A stretch of DNA of 64,000 nucleotides from Macrostomum lignano (Eukaryota), in contig NIVC01000364.1 in the NCBI GenBank assembly GCA_002269645.1, positions 434,001-498,000 on the forward strand, written 5' to 3'. Of the stretch, positions 13,956 to 24,650 are shown one piece after another. A model generated the notes under the pieces. That model had not been told where the DNA came from. It was given only the letters and a program-made list of their open reading frames with translations, and made no database searches. The translations under genes and the position numbers were made by a program. The first letter of the stretch is position 1, and the number at the start of each line of letters is the position of its first letter.

Positions 13956-14590
13956 TGTCGAAAACTAGTAAATACAATTTAAATAAATCAAACTCATAAG
14001 CGAGAATCTTGTATTTTTAAAAACTCCTTTCGATTAGAAGCGTAAAGTTTGTGTGCCCTGCAGTGCACAGTGCCCCAATGTTTTAGTGAAATATATCTTT
14101 GTTGATTCACTCGAACATTAGAAAGTACAATCGAAAGAAAGCATAGGCAAATGTAACAGACAGTGAACTAATACACACGGAAGTCCAGCTTGGGGACTGC
14201 ACTATGTATAGTGGGAAAATCACAGAGGAAATTCAACTATAGACTTATTAAGTTGATAATATATATATAGTTAACATACCATAATATGAATATAGTAGGC
14301 ACAGAACCACTGGCCCACTGCCTTGGGTGATTAGACAGAGATAATATTATTATAATAATTAATGCCGTTCATATAAATTTATGTGAACCTGCTTTAGGTC
14401 TCGCAGTAGTATACGCTGAATAATCAATCTTAGAAAAGCGCAACAACAACATTTCTTAGAAAGGCGAGCACAACACGCACGCTAAAGCAATGAGCCATGC
14501 GTTTGTACACTTGACCAAGGCCATAGGAAGTTTAGCCCTTTAATCAGTCCAGAGCCTCTAGCTAGAGCCCAATTTGCAGTTGCTGCCAGT

Positions 14591-16989
14591 TCAAGACATC
14601 TGCAGCAGAGCCGAAATAGCGGCGTCCTTGTTGCCGCCGTGGGCTTCTAGCACGGATTTGATCACTTCTGTGTCGGTGTCGGGGAACACCTCCTGCACGC
14701 TGCCAATGTCTGCATCCGTGATCTGCACAGGCTGCTGCTGCTGCTGTTGATGAGGCCGCGGATGCTGGGCTGGGTAATAGCCGCCAGCTGGTATGTACTG
14801 GACCTGCGGCTGAGGCGGCAGGTTCTCCAATGTGAGCACCAGGCTGATCATGCCCTCCTTATCGTCGCCTTGACGACCGCTAAGTGGATACCAGTCGTCT
14901 ACGGTGCTGCCCTGTGTTGGAGATATCAGGAATATATACTTAAGCCAAATAGACTACTTGTATAAGTAGCATTATGCAAATAGACTCACAGCTAGTGGCG
15001 CGAGAATCAGAGGCGCAAATATTTTTCTAAAGCTCTGAGACAGCGGTATGTATTCAATGCTTTTGAATAAATTAAGAACCTAACAAAACATACATGCCTA
15101 ACTTCGAATTTTCACCCAGCCGTGCGACTTACCTATGAAAAATTTTATGTACCAATCAATGGTAATTTTGGGTTACCGGCAGGAGTAACTATAACTGTAT
15201 TTTTAAGGCTAATTGCCTCGTCAGCTAATTAGTACTAAGCCTGTATTTTTTGGGTTTCTTTCTTATTAAACAAATAGCCATGCCATTTCAGAATTCTTCA
15301 TGTCCAAAGTTTCAATTCTAAACTATCCACTTTCGCAGAATGCTGCATTACATGGCCAGGACGCGAAATTTCGGAATCAGACCCCGAAAAAACCCAGACC
15401 AAACCCTCTCACCTGGAACACCCGAGCCGGCAACTGGATAAGAGTCCAAGCGATCCGGTCGTCCTCGGCAAACGTCATCTCATTGTAGATCTCGATGTTG
15501 ATGGCGTCGACGCCGTCAAGGAGGAACACCGAGAATGATTTGCTCCAGCGCGGATTCTTGGAACCGTTGACCGCTGTTGGCGTCTCGAACACGTGATGGC
15601 CGACAGTGAGCCGGCAGTACGGATCCATGCGAGTGATGCCGTAGTTTTTGGCCAGCTTCGCCTGCGGAAACAGGCGCGGCGCGTCGCGCAAACATACTAC
15701 TTATTAGCTAACTGAAGTATCGTTAGTGAAAACGCGTTTTGTCAATAAATATCGCAAACTGTGTGTATAGCAACTCTTTGTAAATTTTGATTAGATCAAA
15801 GGACCTGGCAGGGGCAGTAACAGGGCTTAAGGAGAGGGGGCTACTCGCAGTAAAATGATGGCAGTCAAACAGCCCCATCTGCTTCCACGCCTCTCCTTCC
15901 CCTTCTGCTTCCACTCCTCTCCTTCCCCTTCCCCATCTGCTTCCACTCCTCTCCTTCCCCTTCCCCATCTGCTTCCACTCCTCTCCTTCCCCTTCCCCAT
16001 CTGCTTCCACTCCTCTCCTTCCCCTTCCCCATCTGCTTCCACTCCTCTCCTTCCCCTTCCCCATCTGCTTCCACTCCTCTCCTTCCCCTTCCCCATCTGC
16101 TTCCACTCCTCTCCTTCCCCTTCCCCATCTGCTTCCACTCCTTGCCTTCCCCTTCCCCATCTGCTTCCACTCATCTCCTTCCCCTTCCCCATCTGCTTCC
16201 ACTCATCTCCTTCCCCTTCCCCATCTGCTTCCACTCATCTCCTTCCCCTTCCCCATCTGCTTCCACTCCTCTCCTTCCCCTTCCCCATCTGCTTCCACTC
16301 ATCTCCTTCCCCTTCCCCATCTGCTTCCACTCATCTCCTTCCCCTTCCCCATCTGCTTCCACTCCTCTCCTTCCCCTTCCCCATCTGCTTCCACTCATCT
16401 CCTTCCCCTTCCCCATCTGCTTCCACTCATCTCCTTCCCCTTCCCCATCTGCTTCCACTCATCTCCTTCCCCTTCCCCATCTGCTTCCACTCATCTCCTT
16501 CCCCTTCCCCATCTGCTTCCACTCATCTCCTTCCCCTTCCCCATCTGCTTCCACTCATCTCCTTCCCCTCCCCACCTGCTTGTGTACCCCTCCTCTCACC
16601 CTCCTATCACCCCTCCATATATACGAGAGTGTCCCAGTAGTGTCACTTTTGCTTGCTTCCACAAGTATATGCCTTAAAAAAGTTAGTGGCTTATTTTAGC
16701 TTTCATGGAACAAGTTCTCTACCTGGTTAACGGTGACAATCAGCCTGCCAATAGCATTGGGCGGCACATTATAGAAGGCCTGCTGGTGCGAGAACTGGCT
16801 GACTGGCGGGTACTGCGGCCCGCCGGTCATCGAAACCCGCTGGCCGGGCGCTCCGGCTGGCGGTGCAATTCTTAGAAAATCAGGCCCCAGATCGCCTAGG
16901 AACACCTGGCGGCGACGGGCCTCGCGAATGGCTTCGGGACTGCCAGAGGCGGCAGCGTCGCTACTGGGCACAGATTGAACCTCAGTCAT
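14591..16989 (-). CDS. TOLLIP: Toll-interacting protein (TBD + C2 + CUE); exons 16723-16989, 15413-15661, 14591-14911; 278 aa
   Basis: Spliced translation gives VFLGDLGPDFLRI...GRLIVTVNQ|AKLAKNYGITRMDPYCRL...FETPTAVNGSKNPRWSK...DDRIAW...|GSTVDDWYPLSGRQGDDKEGMISLV...QEVFPDTDTEVIKSVLEAHGGNKDAAISALLQM. All junctions are GT-AG, phase 0. Confidence 0.96.
15153..15233 (+). pseudogene. Degenerate fragment of 28S (LSU) rRNA, helix 69-71 region, in TOLLIP intron 2
   Basis: GGGTTACCGGCAGGAGTAACTATAACTGTATTTTTAAGGCTAATTGCCTCGTCAGCTAATTAGT vs conserved 28S GGGTAAACGGCGGGAGTAACTATGACTCTCTTAAGGTAGCCAAATGCCTCGTCATCTAATTAGT (recalled); about 75% identity by manual alignment. Confidence 0.7.
15870..16575. 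repeat. 32-bp minisatellite filling TOLLIP intron 1
   Basis: CCCCATCTGCTTCCACTCCTCTCCTTCCCCTT, ~22 copies. Confidence 0.95.
16623..16707 (+). mobile_element. Fragment of one arm of the foldback MITE at 19657-20422
   Basis: CGAGAGTGTCCCAGTAGTGTCACTTTTGCTTGCTTCCACAAGTAT...CCTTAAAAAA...AGTGGCTTATTTTAGCTTT is nearly identical to 19657-19737. Confidence 0.75.
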
Positions 16990-17952
16990 GACTGCTAGGA
17001 TTAATTTAATTGATGCTGCAATTATAGAAGAGAAGACATTCTGCGAATAAAAAAATCAAGCAATTAAGATAATAAACAAGCAATTGATAGGGTTCAAAAA
17101 CGTTTTTACTGGGTAGCTAGTATTGTTTATGCATATTTTGTAGAGTGTTCTACCTCCCGTTAAAAAAGGAAAAAAGAAGATAATCGTATAATACTACTAT
17201 AAGTAAGTAAGTACACGCATGTGCGCCTAAGCTTTGAATGAATCACGCTACCAGAAAAAGATGTTACCAGAATAATACGCCATGAGCCATTTTCCCCTTT
17301 TAGCGCAACACGTGAATTGTCATGATACTATTTTGGATCAAAAACTTGTCTATAAATACAAGCGATCTGAAGCGGTACCGGAGCCATTCTCCCCACGGAA
17401 GAGGAGCGCTCCAAAGAGGAAGCCTTAGGAGGACTTCCTGATCTACCAAGTCAATCGAGACTCGGTCGAGTTGTTGCGGTAAGCCTTCCTTATTTGCGCC
17501 CGTTGTGTTAGAGACGTCTCGCTCAAGTCTATTGAGACTTGAGTCTAATTGAGTCTGTTGAGACTCTTGAGTCTGTTTAGACTCCATTGGTTGCAGTCTC
17601 CAGAAGGACTGCCCCTGATAGATCTTAGAGGACTATCAGTGGTTTCCGGAGCTATACCTAGAGTGCATAGAGGCACTGCTAGAAGAAGGAGGCTTAATTT
17701 AGACCGCAGTTTGGCGCAGGGTACCCATTGTTGCTACGAGGCCTCTGATTGGTCCTGACGGAAGATACCGGCCGGAAGAACTTATCGGAAGTACAAGAGG
17801 AACCAGGACCAGAGCAACTGAAGAATCAAGGCGCCTGATCTACGAGATCTACTGACAAGTTCCTAGCGAGAACTACTCAAGAAATTCAAATCCGGATTAA
17901 AGGTAATTGAATACCTTCGTTTGACTTACTGGGTTGCCTAGCTGTTGAGCTA

Positions 17953-19245
17953 CGAGGGGCACTATTAAAGTTCTGAGCCTTAATATGAAAGAGAGGAGAT
18001 ATGGGCAAAGTGAGATCAGCTTTTCTCAACATAGTCTCCCCCAACCAAGATGCACTTATGGCATCTTGATCGCAGCGCCTCAATGCCACTCTGGAAGAAT
18101 TGCACCGAGCAGCCCTCAAACCAAGCAGTTGCAGCATCCTTCAGCGCATCATCAGTGTCAAATCGCTGTCCACGGAGCGCCCGCTTGAGATGTGGAAACA
18201 GGTGGAAGTCGCTCGGGGCCAGGTCTGGTGAATAGGCTGGGTGCGGCATCTCTCGAAACCCTGCGACACTGACAGCAGCCTTGGCAATCCTGCTAGTGTG
18301 GGCCGGTGCATTGTCGTGCAGCAGCACAACACCTCGGCTCAGCATCCCTCGCCTATTTTCCTTGATTGCTTCGCGCAGACGGGCGATCAGGTCAGCATAG
18401 TAGGCGCCTGTGACTGTCTGCTTGTGCGGTAGAAAGTCCAGCAGCAGCGGGCCCTTGGCATCCCAGAAGACGGTGAGCATAATCTTGCCCGCACTGCATG
18501 CAGTCCGTGCCTTCAGTGGTGCAGGTGAACCAACTGGCAGCCACTGCTTGGACTCCTGCTTGGACTCGGGATCGTGGTGATGGATCCACGTCTCATCCCC
18601 GGTCACGCAGCAGGACAGAAAGTTGGCAGGGTCCGGATCGTAGGAGTCCAGGACAAGCTTTGAGTACTGCACCCGTGCGGTCTTTTGGTCCCTTGTCAAG
18701 ATTCGTGGGATCCATCTGGCAGAAACCTTGGACAGATGAAGATGCTGGTGCAGGATCTCAATGACTTGCGGGTCAGAGAGTCCAGTGTCTGTCGCAAGTT
18801 CCCTGACTTTCACCCGCTGGTCACTGTCAACCAGAGCCTGGATGCGCTGGATGTTGTCGGCAGTGACAGCAGTCCGGGGTCGTCCACATCGGGGGTCATC
18901 TTCGAGCGAGTCGCGGCCACGCTTGAACTCGGCTGCCCAGCGCTTTATGGTGGCGTATGAGGGGGCAGCGTCAGCGTACACACTAGCCATGCGGCTTTGA
19001 ATTTCAGCAGGCTTTGAGCCCTCCAGAGTCAGAAATTTAATCACTGCCCTGTGCTCAAGCTTCAATTCTTGAGAAAATGCCATGGGGTGCTGGAAATAAA
19101 ATGGTGCAGTGGGACTTAGGGAATGCAGAAAATTCTGAAAAGTTGACAATAGACTATTAACATGTGGCGCTTTTAGAGCCTAAAGTTTCAACACTTTGCC
19201 ACTATAAGATCTTGGTCAGGCTCAGAACTTTAATAGTGCCCCGCA
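17953..19245 (-). mobile_element. Full-length mariner transposon (1293 bp)
   Basis: 28-bp TIRs 17953-17980 (CGAGGGGCACTATTAAAGTTCTGAGCCT) and 19218-19245 match at 26/28. TA dinucleotide on both flanks (17951-17952, 19246-19247). Confidence 0.95.
18016..19083 (-). CDS. Mariner transposase, D,D34D, uninterrupted 355 aa (irritans-like motifs)
   Basis: HTH region EHRAVIKF...RWAAEFKRGR, GRPR, WIPRILT, VTGDETW, LLHDNAPAH, HPAYSPDLAPSD; 34 residues between the 2nd and 3rd catalytic Asp. Confidence 0.95.
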   Translation of the reverse strand: MAFSQELKLEHRAVIKFLTLEGSKPAEIQSRMASVYADAAPSYATIKRWAAEFKRGRDSLEDDPRCGRPRTAVTADNIQRIQALVDSDQRVKVRELATDTGLSDPQVIEILHQHLHLSKVSARWIPRILTRDQKTARVQYSKLVLDSYDPDPANFLSCCVTGDETWIHHHDPESKQESKQWLPVGSPAPLKARTACSAGKIMLTVFWDAKGPLLLDFLPHKQTVTGAYYADLIARLREAIKENRRGMLSRGVVLLHDNAPAHTSRIAKAAVSVAGFREMPHPAYSPDLAPSDFHLFPHLKRALRGQRFDTDDALKDAATAWFEGCSVQFFQSGIEALRSRCHKCILVGGDYVEKS

Positions 19246-19656
19246 TAAACAATCACTCGTAGAAGTGATTGTTCCTTGATTATCGAAAGTCGGGTAATAA
19301 GGAACACATCAATTTGTCAAAATGCTAATAATTAGAATCTATTATCAGACTATTAGTATTATCCTTGCCAAACCTACCGCCTCCCATTTTTTCTAAATTA
19401 TTTTTTGTTCAGTATAATAAAAATCCTTGACATTTAGTATTTTTTGGAATAAAAATAATAAAGAAAGGAATATACTTCTATGACAAATGCTTAAAATTAG
19501 ATTTTTATAGAAACAATAAACACAAAACATTTTTCAAAGCAATCGCTAACGGGTACAATTTGTAGTCAAAAAGATCTCTTTATCAGTCAAAAAAATTCTA
19601 ACATAGCAGAGGCTATAGTATAAAAAACTGAATAACCTAGACTATGCCTATATATA

Positions 19657-20422
19657 CGAGAGTGTCCCAGTAGTGTCACTTTTGCTTGCTTCCACAAGTA
19701 TGTGCCTTAAAAAAAGTGAGTGGCTTATTTTAGCTTTGATGCCATGAAAGTCCAATTTTTATAAGTGCTTCCTGTTGTAAGCAGCATGCATTTGTTTGCA
19801 TACCCTTGGCCATAGAAATACACAGCTGCATAGTACTTCTATGCTCACTCAGAAGAAAGCTACAAGTAGAGCTGATTAAGTAGAGTTGCAGGACAGCAGC
19901 TGCAAGATTTGTTCCAGTCATGGACCCTAACTTTTGGGTAAGTTGGCAACATACTGCTGGCCAGCCTCAAACTGTTTGATTCACCTGTAAACTGTTCATT
20001 GACTGATGGCATTGGGACTGTGAATGTGGGTCAGGTTTTCGTGAATATCAGGGCATTTCTGACCAAGGCTTTGAAGTGTAAAAATTGCGTGTCTCTGCCT
20101 TTCTGTAGAGTGAATGTTAGGGTCCATGACTGGAACAAATCTCGCAGCAGCTGCTATTTTGCAACTCTGTGCTTGATCAGCTTTACTTGTGGCTTTCTTC
20201 TGAGTGAGCATAGAAGCACTATGCAGTGTGTATTTCTATGGCCAAAGGTATGCAAAGAAATGCATGCTGCTTACAGCAGGAAGCACTTATAAAAATTGGA
20301 CTTTTGTGGCATGAAAGCTAAAACAAGCTGCTAACTTTTAAGGCAAATGATTTTTTAAACACACATTAAAAAAAAACTTGTGGAAGCAAGCAAAAGTGAC
20401 ACTACTTCTGGGATACCCCTTG
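19657..20422. mobile_element. Foldback/MITE-like element with ~275-310-bp inverted arms and a ~180-bp spacer
   Basis: 19657-~19931 is the imperfect reverse complement of ~20113-20422 (e.g. GTGTCACTTTTGCTTGCTTCCACAAG / CTTGTGGAAGCAAGCAAAAGTGACAC). TA on the left flank only, so the TSD is not clean. Confidence 0.8.
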
Positions 20423-22431
20423 TTTTAGCAATTTTAGGCCCCCTAATACTTTATAGGCATTAAAAATATTTTATATACAATACTAAATTCCTTTAAGTTT
20501 TTTTTAATGTTAGAGCATTTGTAACAATAATTTTATATTTATAAATACTTTTTTTCTGTTTTTAAGGGTCATAATTATTATGAGTTTAAGAAAAAAATAA
20601 GGGATTAAAAGACCAAAAAACAACTCTAAAGTAAAGTCCTTTGAAAAAAACCTGAACTTTAACCTTTTGACCATTTTACATTTCTTTTTAATATGCAATT
20701 TAAAGCTTATGGATTTATGTTATATTTTAATGCAATTAGCAAGTGCAAGCTATATTAGTTGTCAATGGCCAAAACTAAAAGAAACAGTTTAAAACAAGGT
20801 GTTGTCTTTCTCTAGCTATGAAGCTGCAAATATCTGTTTTAAATGACACATTGAAATTATATCAAGCTTACTATGCTAAAAGCTATATATGGCTAGATGA
20901 CATGCTACCCTATTGGAATAAATTCTAAAAATGTGCACTTGCAGTCAGGTCTCAAAGGTCTAGCAGAAATATGCCTAAGGATCACTCTCCAAGGTACATG
21001 GTCTATGCCAGGGGGTCATTTTAAAAGTTGTTTTGTTTACAAGTGGTCACAAGTAACCAACAGGTCTTAAATATTTCTATTAATCTTATTTAAAGATTAT
21101 GATTATGATTATGATCATTATGATTAGTTTTTTGTGCTAATCATACTTAACTTGCACTGAAAAAAAACTTTCTTCTATACTTTGGCAGCAATATTTTGCT
21201 TTTAATTGTTGTTTCTATGATTCATTAGCTGTTTTGACATGGATTCTATGCACTGCAACAAGTATTGCACAGTACTACATTATATTCCACTACACTGCCT
21301 TATAAAAATGCATTGCATTACAGGGTCATTTTGAAAATATCTATCATTTTGAAAAATCTATCTGCCATTTAGCCACTTCTCCAATAGGGACCTGTTCTAT
21401 CATGCATCATTGCATTAGTTGATATTGTCCTAGTTATAGAGTTACTCAATTTATTTAATTTGACAACAAAATATTTATAAATATCTGAAGTTATCTACAA
21501 TATAGATAGTGTAGACCTATCTGACACTGTTTAAGATATGCAATATTGGGCTTAGCATAGCTGTGTAGTATGAGACAGACAAGGCTTATAAGCTAAGGTC
21601 TATAATCTTATACATTTGCACTCCCTTTATTCTAGTGCAAGAATATTAGGGGACCTCCCTCCAAGTTGACTCTTAAGCTAACCTAAGGGTTTACATTTTG
21701 CATGTGTTCAAGGCAGCTTTAGAGCTACTAGACTGACTATTAGAGAATATATGCAATGGGGGTTATATATATATATATATCTTCTATATATATCTTATAT
21801 ATCTATCTTCTTTACATAGTCATCTATTTGCTTACATAATATTGCATAAACTATATAATTATAATACACATGATTCATATTATTTTATAGCTCTGCTACC
21901 AACTAAGTCCTGGCTAATTCCAATATTGTTGGAATTATCCTTTCATACAATTACTATTATATTACTATAGATTATATATTACACTATATTATATGTACAC
22001 ATGTACCTATGCTAATAGCAAGGGGTAACTAGATTTATCACTATCTCAAATTAATGACAATAACTGATATACTTATACTTACTAAAACTTTACTATTTAT
22101 GGCAGACAAAATGACTATATCATATTCTTGCAGATGAAAGGGCAGCAGAAAACTGGCAATAGACAAAATGACTATCAACCTTATAAATAGCCTATCTTTT
22201 TGCCAAACTGGTCACTTTCTTTCACCAAAATGTATAGTTGTATAAATTAAAAATTCACTTTGGCTAAAGCATCTTTTGTCAAAACTTAATTCCTTGCCAG
22301 AATGGGCTGCACCTATTTGTCTTAGGGTCTAATTAATTATATTATTAGACAATAGGCCTAATGTTAGGTCTTATATGTGGTCATGTGGATTTAGAATTCA
22401 ATTGCATAAAGTCAAAGTTGTATATTAATAT

Positions 22432-22936
22432 GGCAGTGCTTATCCCCACGGTACCGTAGGAATAATTTCTGTCTTATTCCAACGGTACCGTGCGAATAAT
22501 TTTCTGCTTATCCGCACGGCACACTGAAGAGATAGCTGCCCTATCTTCTACATATGCCGTGCAAATAATTTTCTGCTTATCCGCACGGCACGCAATTTAA
22601 ATCATTTGTTACTACACAAAAAAAATCTTTCTCATAGTAAAGTTATTAAATCTTTATTTCTTTAGAACAAATGTTCAAGCCAAGTTATGTTGTTATACTG
22701 CACTCAAATCGTATGTACTAAACTTCCCACACGGCATATGTAGAAGATAGGGCAGCTATCTCCTCAGTGTCACAGTGTGCCGTGCGGATAAGCAGAAAAT
22801 TATTCGCACGGCATATGTAGAAGATAGGGCAGCTATCTCGTCAGTGTGCCGTGCGGATAGGCAGAAAATTATTCGCACGGTACCGTTGGAATAAGACAGA
22901 AATTATTCCTACAGTACCGTGGGGATAAGCACTGCC
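22432..22936. mobile_element. Mutator-like MITE (505 bp) with long, internally repetitive TIRs
   Basis: GGCAGTGCTTATCCCCACGGTAC ... GTACCGTGGGGATAAGCACTGCC; identical 9-bp flanks TATTAATAT at 22423-22431 and 22937-22945. Confidence 0.88.
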
Positions 22937-24575
22937 TATTAATATATATCAATAAATTTATAAGACAATTGACAACTATCACAAAAATATAGACCCAGTT
23001 GTTACATTGACCATAGGCATAGACAGGGGCTAAGCCAGGAGTTTCCTATGGGGGGATACACCAAGGTAAAAGTGCTATGTCAGAGTCACATGGTAGGCCT
23101 AGCCTAGCATGTATAGCAACAAAGCCGTCAAAGGGCAACAAAACAGTTTTGGTCAGGCTCTTTGGGGGGATAAATCCCCCCATCCCCCTCCCTACATCCC
23201 TGGCCATGGATTCCTTGGGCCTGAAGCTGAAAATTCAAAATGATGCAGAATAGAATGCTAGGTCAGCTATATAGGAATAGTTGTCAAACATCAGCTGTAT
23301 TGTTATTTTACAGCTAGATAAAATCTGCCTAGAATCAAAGTCTAGATTGATTTTTCTAACTTCTTTATTATTATTATTATTAAGTTCTAATTCTAACTTA
23401 ACTAGCTTAGCCGCCTAGCTAGGCCTATTTAACTTTGATTAGAGTTCCATCCATTTTAACTTTGTTTACTATTTAATTTACTAATACATTTACTAATTTT
23501 AAAAGAAGCTTTGAGCATAAAACAAGGGCAGCTCATAGCTGATAGTTTGAACCATTGGAAAAGCACGATTGATAATATTGTAAGTAAATCTTGTCATTGA
23601 CATTGATCAATTGTCTTGATACTTATTATGCCGCGATTAAATAACGTCTTTCCTAAAAAGGTTTTTAAACTCACGCGGAACTGTGATGTCGTAATTTGGC
23701 CATTAAAACATTTTGACTAGATATGTTGTCAATAATCACTAATTTATAAATACAAAGTTTTTATGTTCAATGATCTGCTCCCTCCTGTACACCGATTTTT
23801 ACAGTGATTTATTGGTGAATCAGTAATAATGTAATTATTACTATTTATTGATACTACACATGATAGTAATTATGCGTTAGTAATTTATAGTTTATCACAC
23901 GTCCCTCGACAGTTCCCGCGTCAAGTAAATTGTATTTTTTCTAATTCTACGCGAGCCACTTCAGTTTTTTATCGACTGACGACTATATATTCCAAATGAA
24001 CTCGAGTAGAATGACAGGAAACTTCATTTTTTAAAATAAATGGTTCTGGGCAATGAAACTAGCGAGGGGGCTAGGCCATCTACAAATGTTTCATTTTTGA
24101 AACAAAATAGCGATAATTTCTTATGCAACTCACACCAGAGCAGAGATACTTCAACACGAGACGCAGGAATTCTCTACTTCTCTTTATAGTGCCGTATCTA
24201 GACACTCGTTTTAGCTCGCAGCGAACACACATTTTGGCAAGCTACAGCAAAAATCCGCATTTCCATGTTCTGTGTAATAGTTTGTTTTTGTCAATAAAGC
24301 TTTTGAAAGTTTCCAAGTCCAAGATGAAAGCATTGGAATGACCCCATATAGCTTTTACGGGGGCATCGTAGTCTAGCGGGTGCATCGATCGAGGATTGAG
24401 GAAAAAACCGCCCCACCCATCCCGCTGACCCGCTATAGCCCGGCCTGGTTACTGGGAGGGGGACATATTATACCCCTCTGTTCCCCAGGTGAGGATGCCC
24501 CTATCTACTGTAGCTGGAGTCATCCCACAAATCTAGACGTTAGACGCTATGTATAAAATAATATACACATGTAAT

Positions 24576-24576
<1 letters not shown>

Positions 24577-24636
<60 letters not shown>

Positions 24637-24650
24637 AAAAAAAAACAACA
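24577..24650. repeat. (CAA)20 + A-run: left flank of the Ingi-like element
   Basis: Direct reading. Confidence 0.95.

Noticed and set aside
13092-13977. Repetitive ORFs in several frames (also 15723-16699, 31666-32316, 42138-42885, 44423-45004, 50915-51323)
   Set aside because: Stop-free by virtue of the repeat unit, open in multiple frames, and mostly intronic; no evidence of coding.
19084-19149. N-terminal extension of the mariner ORF (377 aa in the track)
   Set aside because: Starts at a non-ATG codon; mariner similarity begins after the ATG at 19083.
23024-23202. Possible hAT MITE (CAGGG...CCCTG)
   Set aside because: TIR match is only ~5 bp, and the flanks (GGCATAGA vs GCCATGGA) are not a clean TSD.
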